From: Octopus vulgaris | Lineage: Eukaryota | Assembly: GCA_951406725.2 (NCBI GenBank) | Contig: OX597830.1 | Location: 52,204,001-52,268,000 of the forward strand | Length of the DNA stretch: 64,000 nucleotides | Reading direction: 5' to 3' | In this document: in pieces, positions 13,085-26,664 of the stretch | Position numbering within the stretch: the first letter of the stretch is position 1 | Layout of the letters: the number at the start of each line of letters is the position of its first letter | Program-made: the position numbers and the translations under genes | Notes under the pieces: model-generated | What the model was told of the DNA's origin: nothing | Database searches by the model: none | Seen by the model: the letters and a program-made list of their open reading frames with translations, nothing else

Positions 13085-14465
13085 ATTATAAAAAAAGAAT
13101 AAAGCCATCTCCATTAGGATAATCCAAACGTGACTCATTCTCTCCACTCTTTTTCTACCCGACATGCTACCCAGAACTGACATGCTAAACGGAACTGGAT
13201 TTGAATACAACTGCTGCAGTAAAGCAATCAACTATATTTTGCATATGGATGATCTAAAAGTGTATGCTATAAATGATAAGCAACTGGAAACATTACTCCA
13301 AACAGAGTATGGATATACCAAAGAAATAAACGTGAAATTCGACTTGAAAACAACTTCGAAAAGAGAAAAACTAGTTAAGAGTAACAATATCTCACTAGAT
13401 AAAGAAAATGAAATAAGAGAATTAGACCAAATCCAGACATACAAATATTTAGGAGTGAATGAATTAGATTCGATACAACACACACAAATGAAAGAAAAGA
13501 TAAGAAAGGAATACTATAGAGTTAGATTAATACTTAAAACAGCTCAATGAGAAAAACATGGTAGTTTTTATCAATACTCTAACTATTTCGGTTGTAAGTT
13601 ACACTTACAATATTCCTAATTGGACATTAAATGAACAAACCAAATTAGACAGGAAAAGAACAAAAATAATTGCGGAATTCAGAATATACCACCGAAAATC
13701 TGACAGAAAGATTATATATACAACCAATTGAAGGTGGTAGAGGCCTTATACAAGTAAACTAGTATAAAATAACCACTATAGGATTACAGAAATAACTAAC
13801 TCAGAACCAAGGAAAACTGATACAAATAGCCACTAAACATGAGCAAAAGAAAAAAAAGCTGCTTTCTTTCTTTGAAGAAGATCCAAAATATAAAGCACCT
13901 GACAACTATGAAGAAAAAGAGCAAACGACAAAATCTGTAAAGCAACTGAAATCTAAACTAAAACTGAAACAACAAAGAACCATGATAAAACGATGGCAAG
14001 AAAAGTCCCTGCATGGAAAATACTGAGTTAAGCTAAGGAGAAAAGAAATAAACAAAATAAAATCCCGACAATGGTTGAGAAGCTCAGGACTCAAAGTAGA
14101 AACTGAAGGAATCTTTAATAGCTTCCTCGCCAGAAGCCACCAGAAACGCACAATGAAGAAAACTACAAGTAACTGTAGAATATGTGGTGATGGGGCAAGA
14201 ACAGTAAATTATATTGTCTCTGATTGCCCAGTCCTGGCCAAGAAGGAATGTATCTACAATATGATAGAATTGAGATCTACATATACTAGGAGTTATGCCA
14301 ACACTATGGAATAATAACAGAAAACAGATGGTAGGAGCATATATCAACCCCAAAAAGTCTCAGACAATGGCAAAGCAACCACATCCTGGGATAGGCCAAT
14401 ACACAGATAGAGAGATCAAAGATAATAGGTCAGCTATAGTTGTCAGAGATTATCAAGAAAAAATG
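13085..14465 (+). mobile_element. R4/Dong-type LINE fragment (RT C-terminal half, CCHC knuckle, start of REL endonuclease)
   Basis: INYILHMDDLKVYA, YKYLGV, WQEKSLHGKY, SSGLKVETEG, CRICGDGARTVNYIVSDCPVLAKKE; many stops and frameshifts. Confidence 0.85.
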
Positions 14466-14469
14466 CAAG

Positions 14470-15226
14470 CAAGTTAATGCTGTGGTCATGGAGTGTTAGC
14501 TGAAACTGGTGCTCAAATTAGGGGTTACCGACAACGTATTATGATCATTGGTGGGAAAAGTGATTGTTTCAACTCACGGAACAGAGACTATGTGATCAAG
14601 CTAGAACAAAAAGAAAAAATCGTTGGTTCACAGTAGTAGAGCTCGAAGCCATCAAAACACGGTTCTTGGAAAATAGCAGCAGAGACAACTGTGAAAATAC
14701 ATTTCTTACTAATAAGAGTAATCTCAAATCACAGGAAAGGAAATCACAGGAAAGGTAGTTTACTTGATGAGAGACATATAGAATAAAATTCATGGTGACA
14801 TGACAGATGAACAACAGGCAATCAACGACAGTATGAGGGCAACACTACAGGAGAACAATAGCGACATTATTTGCAACCTTCAAAAGGTTGACCGGTGGAA
14901 GTTGAACCAAGAAACGAAAAATGTCAATGAAATTTTGAAATACATCAGAACAAACATCACAGAAAGAAATAATTTCATCAAGGCAGCAAGTGTTGTTGTA
15001 GCAGCGGAAAATGTGGATGTTGATGTCAAGAAAAAGTAATATAATGGGAGTGACAAAAGAAAAAGATCCAAGGAGGAAAAAAGAATACAGGCAGAATTAG
15101 ATATGCTCTCGAAGGAAATTTCTGTATTAGACCGAAAAGAGAAAGTGGAGCTTAAAAGCGAACAAAAATACAGGGCGCTGAAAAGGAAGTATAATATAGA
15201 AAGAAAGAGCCTGAAAGTGGTAATGA

Positions 15227-15228
<2 letters not shown>
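14470..15228 (+). mobile_element. R4/Dong-type LINE, N-terminal fragment
   Basis: TEQRLCDQARTKRKNRWFTVVELEAIK and NITERNNFIKAASVVVA are typical of the R4/Dong pre-RT region; ends in (AAT)n. Confidence 0.75.
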
Positions 15229-15309
<81 letters not shown>

Positions 15310-15552
15310 GCAACCCTTATTCAGGGACCGTTTGAGCGGGATGGGCTACTCAACCTGAAGAAAATTCTAACTGGGCCCCACCTGCAAGGTCATGTGCTGT
15401 TTATCTTGATATGAGATCACCATGTCGCGCACATATGGTTGTGATGCATGTGCCTGGTGTACCTTTATCAGACGGGTAGTCATGATGGGTATATTGGGCT
15501 TCGTATATTTTACCCCAGTGTCACTTTGATGGCATGAACTGCTCTCTCACTC
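15310..15552 (+). mobile_element. AAT-associated non-coding repeat family D (truncated copy)
   Basis: Homologous to 15575-16095, 23590-23720, 26436-26524, 27741-27852 and 56884-57366; ends CTCTCACTC then (AAT)n. Strand label is arbitrary. Confidence 0.8.
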
Positions 15553-15574
15553 AATAATAATAATAACAATGAAT

Positions 15575-16095
15575 GTCCCGATGCAGTACTAGGCACTGGC
15601 TCTAATGGTTTCTCATCTTAACTGATTGGAAGTGTTATCATTTACATGTTTTGTCTTGGTATAAGCGATGGGCTACAGCAAATATTCTGCTCAATACAAA
15701 TTTGCTTGTCAGTTGTTTGACCATAACCAGTTGAGCATGTCCATTGGTGGCTGATGTGTGCATCTCTGATCACGAGCAGAAGTAGTGGGGGAGAATAATA
15801 ACCGTGTATTGAGAGATATTCTTTGGCGTTTGAAACAGGGCTGTTTCATTCAACATCTTCAAACAACCCTAATTCAAGGAACTTTTGAGCGGAATGGGCT
15901 ACTCGACCTGAACAAATTTCTACCTGCAAGGCCATGCACTGCTTATCTTGATATGACATCACCATGTAGTGCAATTATGGTTGTGGTGCATGTGCTTTGT
16001 GTACCCTTATCAGACGGGTAATCATGCTGGGTATACTGGGCTTTGTATAATTGTACCCCAGTGTCACTTTGATGGCATGCACTGCCCTTTCACTC
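15575..16095 (+). mobile_element. Family D, longest copy (~520 bp)
   Basis: Begins GTCCCGATGCAGTAC and ends CACTC followed by (TAC)n/(AAT)n. Confidence 0.8.
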
Positions 16096-16126
16096 AATAC
16101 TACTACTACTACTACTACTACTACTG

Positions 16127-16195
<69 letters not shown>

Positions 16196-16197
<2 letters not shown>

Positions 16198-16407
16198 AAA
16201 ATATTCAGACAAATACATAACAAAAACACCAGGACTTACAAACATATAACATACAGAAAATTGCACTACTAGGCACTGCACACATCCTACGCAGAACACT
16301 TTCCATACAATAATCATCAGAGCATCACAACAAATCACAGCACATACCCAAGGCACACAGAGCTGCGCTCGGTAGTGAAGTGAAAGCACGCTATAAAAAT
16401 AAAACTA

Positions 16408-16410
<3 letters not shown>
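16196..16410 (+). mobile_element. R4/Dong-type LINE 3' stub (C-terminus plus 3' UTR)
   Basis: Encodes KYSDKYITKTPGLTNIYNIQKIALLGTAHILRRTLSIQ*; flanked by (AAT)n on both sides; near-identical to 34093-34302. Confidence 0.85.
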
Positions 16411-16498
<88 letters not shown>

Positions 16499-16507
16499 TA
16501 ATAACAA

Positions 16508-16715
16508 TATTCCATTGTACTATAGGCACAAAACCTGAAATTTGGTTGAGAGGGATAGTCGATCACATCGATCCCAGTGCCGAATTCCTACTAATTTTAT
16601 TGACCATGAAGGGATGAAAGGCAAAGCTGAGCTCCATGGAATTTCATCACATGACATAAAGGCGTATGAAATGCTACTGAGATTTTTAGTTGGCATGCTA
16701 ACGATTCTGAAGGCT
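16508..16715 (-). mobile_element. SINE family A, degenerate
   Basis: GAAGGGATGAAAGGCAAAGCTGA is the reverse complement of the family A core. Confidence 0.55.
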
Positions 16716-16732
16716 TACCAACTTAATAATCA

Positions 16733-17046
16733 TAAGGAGGAGGAGGAGAGTGAGGCGGACGATTAGGAGGGAGGGTTGGGATGGGAGGTGAGGATGAGAT
16801 GCAGATGAGGAGGGGGAGTGGAGGGGAGGGGAGAAGGAGGAGGAGGAGGTGGAATGGGAGGAGGAGAAGGAGGAGGATGTAGGGTTGAGGGAGCTGGAGG
16901 GGGACGAAGGGAGGCGGGGGAGAAGGAAGGGGAGGAGGTTAGGAGGGAAAGGGGAGAAGAAGGAGAGAGGGAGAGGAGCAGGAAGGAGAGGGAAGGGAAT
17001 GGGAGTGGGAGGAGAGAGAAGTAGCAGAAGAAAAATAAAAGAAAAA
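16733..17046 (+). repeat. Polypurine G/A-rich low-complexity tract
   Basis: About 310 bp almost entirely G/A, with multiple GGG/GGGG runs. Confidence 0.9.
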
Positions 17047-17384
17047 TAACACGACAATATACATACGTATATGTATATGACATAAAATGCAAGGGCTTTA
17101 CACTTCATATCTTTACCGTGTAGAAGAGGAGGAGGAGGAGGAGGAGGAGGAGGGGTGGGAGTAGAAGAAGAAGAAGAACAACAACAACAACAGCAACAAC
17201 AGCAAGAGCAAGGGCAACAACGTCAACAACAATAACAATCTCCGCCATAATTCCGCATTTAGACTCGGAATGAAATCTTTCGCTCAGTGCCAAACCGAAG
17301 ACAAATCCGGCCGTTATTTGAACACTCCACACTTTGGACAATTGTCTGCCTGAATGGTTCCGTGTTCCACTCGCAATTTATCTT

Positions 17385-17463
<79 letters not shown>

Positions 17464-17900
17464 GCACGCACACACACACACACGTCTCCATATAATATGA
17501 CTCAAAAGAAATCATTTCAAGAACCAACATAGTTAAATCAAAGAAAAAGACAAGAAAAGGAAGAAATGAGTTTCTCCCTCTCTCTTTCACTTTATCTCCT
17601 TCTCTTTGTCTCATTCTTTCCCGGTCTTTATCTCCCACCCTCTCTCACTTGCTCTATCTTCCCCACTATGCCTTTTGGGTGTTTGTGTGTATATATATAT
17701 ATACATACATATATATGTTAGTTAGTTAATTTTTCGCTCAAATATATATATATACATGTATGCGTACGCGCGCACTACATGAGTGTGTAAGTATATATAC
17801 ATTTACACATACACACACGCATACATACACTCACACACACACACACATATATATATATATACATCTGTCTTTATTTCTCTTTTACATACTCTATCAGCAG

Positions 17901-17977
<77 letters not shown>

Positions 17978-19221
17978 GTGTGTATGTGCGTGTGTGTTTT
18001 GCACACTATTTCACTGTGTGTGCTTCTTTCTTACTCACTTCTCGTTTCTCGCACTCTCTCTGTTCCCCCCTCTCTCTCTCTCACTCTCTTTCTTTCTTTC
18101 TTTCTTTCTTTCCTTCTCTCTCTCTCTCTTTGCTTCTTTCTGCCTCGCTTTCTCCGTTTCTGCTCTTCTCGACTCCCATGCCGTCATGATGTAACAATCA
18201 TCGGAATATCAAAAGACTTGGGGAAAACAACAAAATCTACAGGCTAAGGAAGAACAACATAAAAATAACACTTCTATTTTTACTAAGACAAACTCAAATA
18301 GAATTTCCTCCATCTTGTATCATTGTCGTCTTAGACACCATTTCCAACATTCTTATGACGGCTGATTCTGTCTCTTTCCTCTGCTTGTTGTGGCTTTCTT
18401 TCTCGTTATGTGGCCGGTTATGCTACCATTTTTCAGCTTCTAAAGAAAGAGCCAGTCGTCCGTGTCTGCACAGACCATTTCCTTTTGTAACTCAACACCA
18501 AAGTTCAATGACAAACTGCAACAAAACCATGTTCCATAGCGAAGCTGAACGTTGGGAGGAGAGAGCGTGGGAGGGATTCCTCGTTTTACCTTCCACCTCG
18601 CCACCAATACTTCCTCCGCACCACCCTTTTCCACACTTCTAACATGACAAATTTATGATTTTCGTTCGAATCTGTAATTATTGATCTGTTGATTGAATTT
18701 TGCTGTGAGTTTTATTTTTCCTTTTATTATTATTATTGTTTGTTTTTTTGCAATTCTTTTTCTTTCTGTGATTGATTGTTCCTCCTGTTTATTTTTATTT
18801 CGATTGTTCATTGTTGTTGCAATTTTTTTTATGTTGTTATTGTTATTGTTACTATTGTTGTTGTTGTTGATATTCCTGCTGTTGTTATTGTTCTTAGTTA
18901 TTGTAGAAGCCGAGGTCTTTAATGTTCTTGTTCATTTTATTATTAGCATTCATGTTCTTGTGTTGCTGTTGTTGTTGTTGTTGTTGTTGGTGCTGCTGCT
19001 GTTGTTGTTCTTGTTTATGCTGCTGCTACTGCTGCTGTTAGTGTTGTTGCAGTTCCTGTTGTTGCTATAAAACAATCCCATACACGTAGTTCTGTAAGTA
19101 CAAACTACAAGAATGTCCACCAGAGCAAGGGGAAGATTTTTCGTTAACCAATTCTTGGTTTCAATTACCGCATCGAAGGATTCAAAAATTCCTTTAAGCT
19201 CCAAATAGTCGCTTGAAAAGT

Positions 19222-19291
<70 letters not shown>

Positions 19292-19457
19292 ATGTCATAT
19301 ACTCCTATTTATGTGCGTGTTTGTAGGCGAATATATGGATAAGTGAGAAAGAGGTAGAGAGAGAGTCTGTAATATATAAATACATCCAACACACACAGAT
19401 AAATATATAAACATATATGTAAGTTTATACTTTCATACATACACACACACACATGTA

Positions 19458-19515
<58 letters not shown>

Positions 19516-19555
19516 AACAACAACAATAAAAATAATAATAATAATAATGATGATG

Positions 19556-19619
<64 letters not shown>

Positions 19620-19622
<3 letters not shown>

Positions 19623-19870
19623 ATTGTCAATGAAGCTTGCAAATTCGTAAGAAGTCGGCATTAACTCTGAATTTGATGAAGAACCTGGGACCACTGCCTC
19701 CAGACAATCTAAACGGGTCAAAAAGACTGCAAAAAAGAACTGACAGAAAGAAATTGAGGAGCTGCGGAGCCAGAAACCTCTGCATGGACAGTATATATTT
19801 CGAATGTGAAAATTGCTGAAAAGGAACAAACTGAATCGCCACCAAAAAGGAAATTAAAATTTGAAGTAAA
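19620..19870 (+). mobile_element. R4/Dong-type LINE internal fragment
   Basis: Encodes ELRSQKPLHGQY (cf. W.EKPLHGQY); directly follows (AAT)n. Confidence 0.5.
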
Positions 19871-20054
19871 ATCGTTAAGAACTATTTAAATGAGCCTGAA
19901 ACACATCGGTTATTCTTTTACAAATATTTCGCCTCTATGGCCTTTCGTCTGCTGTCAACACGAATTACATGATAAATTTGATCCCCCTCTCAGTATTGCC
20001 TTCTATTAGTAAAAGACCTGGTTTTATTCGTAAACTTGGTTTAAAAGTATAACC

Positions 20055-20143
<89 letters not shown>

Positions 20144-21123
20144 TATGTAATGTGTGTGTGCGTGTATGCGTGCACTTGTGCGTGTAAGTACGCATTTATC
20201 TGTATATGTATAGTTGTGTGTATATACATGTATACGTGAATATATACATAAATATACACACACACATATATATATATACATCCATATATGTATATATGTA
20301 TATATATTTATATATATGTACGTATGCATGTATATATATATATATATATATATATAATGCATATATAGACACATACATACACACAATACACACAAATACA
20401 TTCACGCACATATATATAATGTTATGTGTGTGTGTCTGTGTGTCTATATACATATATGAAAGTACTATGTATGCATAGACGCAGAATGCATTTCTGAGTG
20501 TATGCATGTGTGTGTGTGTGTGTGCGTGCGTGTATGTTTGAGTCTATGTGTGTCCATTAAACCAAAATATTTCTAAAACCTTCACCAAAACCAAAGTACG
20601 TCATCAGACTGATTCTAATTACGGAAATGGTACATTAAAATTGTCACATTTGGAGTTCAAAGACTCTTATGCTTTCTACGATATCTACTTTCATTGCCAG
20701 AGTTATTTTAGCGATTATGAATTTTTTTTTTTTTCACCAAAGTAAAATTTTAATAAGCAGTCATTTCTCATATGGAAGCAATGGTTTTTGCTGACCAATC
20801 TGTTCCATTTTGTAGAGATGTTAAAAGCTTCCATCAATCAGTTCTTTTTGGTTTGTGTCAAGGACCAAGTTCTATACCAAATGTACTTGGTAGACTCTGC
20901 TACTGAATGCCAGTATATTTGAAACTTAATCAGTCTGATTCCATTTGTCCACGTAGCATCAAATTCTTAATGCATTGTACTGTACCGAAAAATACATGAC
21001 CCTCTTACCGTTTTCTGAGAGAACAACAACGTTTTACCGTTTCGTAGATAAGTGGGCGTTGGAATACATATAATATGTGTATATTAAAACATATACATTA
21101 AAACAAATATATAGCCATATCTA

Positions 21124-21173
<50 letters not shown>

Positions 21174-21234
21174 TATATACACATATATATACATACATCT
21201 AGATATAGATAATCATAGATATATACATACATAT

Positions 21235-21273
<39 letters not shown>

Positions 21274-21414
21274 TGTGTGTGTTTGTATCTACATGTGTTT
21301 TGTTTGCGTGTTAATCCCAAAGGCAATAATTTTAACTATGTAACACTACCCCTATGTCGTTTATGTGTGTATGTGTGTGTGTGAAAGAGAGAGAGAGAGA
21401 GTCAGAGTATGTTT

Positions 21415-21470
<56 letters not shown>

Positions 21471-21635
21471 TTCTCTGTGTGTGTATGCAATTGTGTCTCA
21501 AACCAATGATACTGCAAATACCTTTGGTCCATTACCAAATATTAACATATTGATGGACATCTAAGTATGGATCGGCATTATGTGAAGCATAAACATACCT
21601 TCGAACACGGGTAGACACGCACATGTGTATCTCTA

Positions 21636-21711
<76 letters not shown>

Positions 21712-21844
21712 AATGTGTGTGTATGTATATATGTATATATGTATAATATATAAAAATTATATATTTTTTATTTATATATATTTATATATGTATGTATACA
21801 TAAATACAAATGAATATATACAGACATATATATATATATTCACA

Positions 21845-21878
<34 letters not shown>

Positions 21879-21907
21879 CATATATATATATACATATGTA
21901 CATATAC

Positions 21908-21938
<31 letters not shown>

Positions 21939-21942
21939 CATA

Positions 21943-22028
<86 letters not shown>

Positions 22029-22659
22029 GTCTAGTCGAATCAAAATCTTTTATTAAGATTTCTTATTCCTATTTTCCATTACCATTAATGTCACTATACC
22101 TTCTAGCCTTCTTAGATTGAAATTAACGATAGCACTTGTACGTTATTGATGCGTTCTGTATAAGGCCAAAAACAATTACAGGAATGGCACTGTAAGTGTT
22201 AAAATAATTACTGCCGTACGTAAATATGTTTAGGACTTAAATTCCAATTACATTCGTGGTTCATTTCACGTGTGTACTGTGTCTGTGGTTTGAGTTTTCA
22301 ATTGTATTTTGAAATAAATCATGTATTCAATGCTTCTATTCCCGAATTTTGTGAAAATCTATGTATGAGCGCGTTGATTTCTAGTCATGATTTTCTACCT
22401 ATTTTTGTTTCGTTTTCTTTATTAGAATGTGCTGTAATATCGCCTTAAATCGAGCAGAAAGTGCCGGATTTGACTGTTCCATGTAACCTTTGAGTCATAA
22501 AATTTAAAGCTTTCATGTTTCCATTGAAATGTTCATATATATTGGTTGTTTGAAGTATGTTCTGTGCATCGCAGGTTTTCATTGAGGTATTTTTGTAATA
22601 TAATTCTGATACTTAGAATATATTATCATGCAAATAGCCGTTACATAACATTATACAGG

Positions 22660-22709
<50 letters not shown>

Positions 22710-22766
22710 GTGTGTGTGTGTGTATGTATGTATGTATGCATGTATGTGTGTATATGTCTATATGTA

Positions 22767-22801
<35 letters not shown>

Positions 22802-22830
22802 TCATGTATGTGTGTATATGTCTATATGTA

Positions 22831-22887
<57 letters not shown>

Positions 22888-22897
22888 GCATATGTAT

Positions 22898-22964
<67 letters not shown>

Positions 22965-23589
22965 TGTGTGTGCGTATATGTGTGTGAAGTGTGTACTACC
23001 ATGAAACTAATTTGGAAAGTGAAACAGTGGCTGTAGCATTACCGTCTCCTATAGTGGAATAACTATGGAATTTTATTATTTGCAAAATACAAATCATTTA
23101 TCCACACACGAATTAGTGGCTAAGAGTGATTGTCTTTCCCTTACTTATCAATATATTTTAGAATTCCCTTTTGGATTTGCCATGTTTCTAATCGTTTTCT
23201 CTCCAATGTTCTGCCTTTCTCTCTATGTTTAAACCTCTTTCGGTGTACTTACTCTCCATTTTGTACATTGTTGGTTCTTTATAGAAACAAAAAGTATATT
23301 TTTATGATTTTTAGATTTTCCTATTACATTAATCGATTTGCAATTTCTCATAGCTAATAACCCCTAATCCTAGAAAAGCTGGCTCCAACTGGATTTCCAA
23401 GTCTTGAGTCAAAAGCATAAGCAAAAATTGTTTTTGATTGTTTGGGGTTTTTATTTTTATTTTTGCATAACATGAAAACCGAAACATTTACACTTTCAAA
23501 ATTAAGACAATCAAAACTAGGAGCTGACATCAAGGATAAATTATGTAACCAGTACAATAAGACTAACATTTTCTGCTGCCCAACTCTTG

Positions 23590-23720
23590 ATAAGCAAATC
23601 TGTGGTATTGAGCAGAATATTTGTTATAGCCCATCTTTTATACCAAGACAAAACAATGTACATGATAACATATCCAATCAGTTAAGATCAGAAGCCATTG
23701 CATGATACTGCATCAGGGCT
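23590..23720 (-). mobile_element. Family D fragment
   Basis: Reverse complement of 15575-15710; same start (GCCCTGATGCAGTA). Confidence 0.75.
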
Positions 23721-23728
23721 TTATTATA

Positions 23729-23760
<32 letters not shown>

Positions 23761-23811
23761 GTTGTTATTATCATTATTATTATTATTATTATCATCATTA
23801 TTATTATTTTT

Positions 23812-25311
23812 ATGTTTGACTTTTGCTTTGTATTTGTACAGGTTGGCTCCAAATCTCACCGAGAGACCTCAAGAGACAAGTCAGAAGGTCATGTTGTCAT
23901 ATATTTGGTTTTGCACATGGTATTCTTCAAGAGAATGTTTAAGAAAACATAAGAAACTTATGAGTTTATTTTAACATTTGAGATTACATAGACAGTATTT
24001 TACGTATGATTTGGGCAGTTCCAATGAGCACTATCTTTTGAATTTCTGCCATTTTGGGGCTTCCTTGTATCTTAGCTAGGTAGCTACCAACCTCTTTTGC
24101 AATCATTCCTAGGGCACCTATGACAAAAGATATTGTTTTAATCCTGAAGTTCCACATTTTGCCAAGTTCTATTTCAACATCTTTATACTTGCTCAGCTTT
24201 TGGTAGATCTTGACAGACATGTTTATGTCGATTGAGACAGTCATATCAATGAGGAGGCATGACTTTTGTCTAAAGTCTTTCAATATAAATCTGGACTATT
24301 TACATCTATCTATCTGTGAGTTTGAATGGTGAAGTTCCAGTAGAGTGAGATGTGATCATTTTCAAGCACTGGGGGTGGTTTGTGTTCCCATCAGTTTTGA
24401 TCATGGAGCAGGTCCAGGGTTTCGAAAATTACTCAGTGAATATATTGTGCTGCTCTATCATGCCTGTTGAGATATTCTGTAGGCGCAAGAAGACTGCACA
24501 TGAAAACAACATGATCAATAGTTTCATTTTTTTGTTGACATACACATGTTGGGCTACTGTCGTTCTTTAATATGTTGGCCTGGTAGTTTCTTGTAGGTAG
24601 GCATTGATCTTGGGATGCTATGGTAAACCCTTCGGTTTCTGATTTTAAGCCAGAAGACACTAACCATTGATGGGTAAGGGCTTTGTCAACATCGGCACTA
24701 TTAGCGCTCTTTGGGTATTTACCATTGATAGGTTATTCTTGCCATTTATCAGTCAGAATATCTAAGGCAGCAATTTTAGCGCTGGTTTTCATACGCTTAG
24801 CGTTTTCTGTGATTGTTTCTAGTACGTCTGGAATTTGTTGTATTTGGAATTCACTTAGATATTCCTTTGCCTGTTTTGTTAATGAGTATCATGCTTCCTT
24901 GTTTTCAAGCTTTGAGACAAGTTTTAACATCCAATCATCAGAGTTTTTCAGGTAAATGACTAGGCCAATTGTGGCAATTTTCTTTGTTAATTCCAGTTGT
25001 AAACGTCCACGTGCCCCCAATTTTCTTGGCAGGTAAAGTTGTTCTATATCTGCCTTAGGCTGGTGCATTTTATGCATTGTCAACAATTTTCGTATTTTCT
25101 GTCAAGATTACATATTTCAGTAACTGACCAGTTAATGATATTGAAACTGTCAGTCACAACTGGTATGGCTAAAACATGGATCACTTCGATCCTGTTTCTT
25201 ACATTCAGCTCTGTCTTGAGTATTGCCCTTACCCTGCGATAATATTCTCTCCTGACCATTTCCTTCATCACTAAATGTTTGATTCTGTTCCCTTCAAATA
25301 CCCCTAGGTAT
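23812..25311 (-). mobile_element. R4/Dong-type LINE 3' portion (thumb, CCHC, REL endonuclease, 3' UTR)
   Basis: REYYRRVRAILKTELN, LYLPRKLG.RG, SSGLKSETEGFTIASQDQCLPTRNY, ETIDHVVFMCSLLAPTEYLNRHD, CLLIDMTV...KLSKYKD...GALG...QKIVLIGTAQIIRKILS. Confidence 0.9.
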
Positions 25312-25366
25312 TAGAACCGCTGGTTCTAATACTTTAATGACGTTCTGCTGGATTAACAGTGGATGC

Positions 25367-25449
<83 letters not shown>

Positions 25450-25724
25450 TCCTTCTTTCATCAAATTTTCTTCAGTTTCTCGCCGAGTGTTTTCCGTACA
25501 CCTAGGGCAGAGAAGCTCATTGTATGCATTCCCAGATTACACACGCAAATTCACAGGTAAAATATGTATTTAAAAATTAATGAATAAATAAATTTATGAA
25601 TGGATATTGTTTTTACAGCGATAATGCTCTTCTCAGTACATCAGTCGTCCCAAGTAACAAGATTTTTTGCAATTCCTGTAGGGATAGTAAGCCTGGTATC
25701 ATTTTCAAATAGGTTTCAGGAAGA

Positions 25725-25909
25725 AAGAGTGAGAGAAAGTAGTGACGAAAGAGTACAACAGGAGCCGCCACCCCCACCCCCTGCCGGATCCTCGTGGAGC
25801 TTTAGGTGTTTTCGCTCAATAAACACAAACAACCCCCGGTCTGGGAATCGAAACCGCGATCCTCCGACCGCGAGTCCGCTGCTCTAACCACTGGGCCATT
25901 ACGCCTCCA
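25725..25909 (-). mobile_element. tRNA-derived SINE family C
   Basis: Head GGAGGCGTAATGGCCCAGTGGTTAGAGCAGCGGACTCGCGG...GGTTTCGATTCCC (A- and B-box); same family as 35900. Confidence 0.85.
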
Positions 25910-26386
25910 CTACTGTTGCTGCTGGTGGTTATAGTAACAGTGCTGCTGCTGCTGCTGCTGCTGTTATTACTACTACTACCAACCCCTCAGAATGACATTT
26001 CTCTGTCAAGATAGCTCGCATGTACTTTTGACTTGAAACGTCTCGAAATAGTTTTAATGTAATAAGAATAACACCAGAATAACTTAATCTTCCATCACAG
26101 ACAGCTATTATGGCTTTATTAGTTCTTCAATATGGTTTTGATCCAAACTGGTGCCTCGGCTTTACTGTATTCATCTAACTCAATAGTTAAATCAAATGAA
26201 AATCGTTTAAGCAGACTCTTTTTTTTTTACATAAAGTCAAAAGATGTATTATTTAGAAAATGCTTTATAAAGTGTATTAATAGCATATGAATATAAATAG
26301 TTTTAACTAGAGAACATTAAGGATAAATAAAGGATAATCATCATCATTATGTGTTTAGAATTTCAGTTTGTGTTGTTACACTTTTC

Positions 26387-26433
<47 letters not shown>

Positions 26434-26435
26434 TT

Positions 26436-26645
<210 letters not shown>

Positions 26646-26664
26646 GATGATAATAATAATAATA

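Noticed and set aside
20560-21060. Unique sequence checked for exons
   Set aside because: No sustained ORF or recognisable motif on the frames I read.
25840-25909. tRNA-like sequence (also at 35900, 10030-10091 and 55120-55190)
   Set aside because: A/B boxes are present, but there is no full cloverleaf or acceptor stem and each continues into a SINE body, so these are SINE heads, not tRNA genes.
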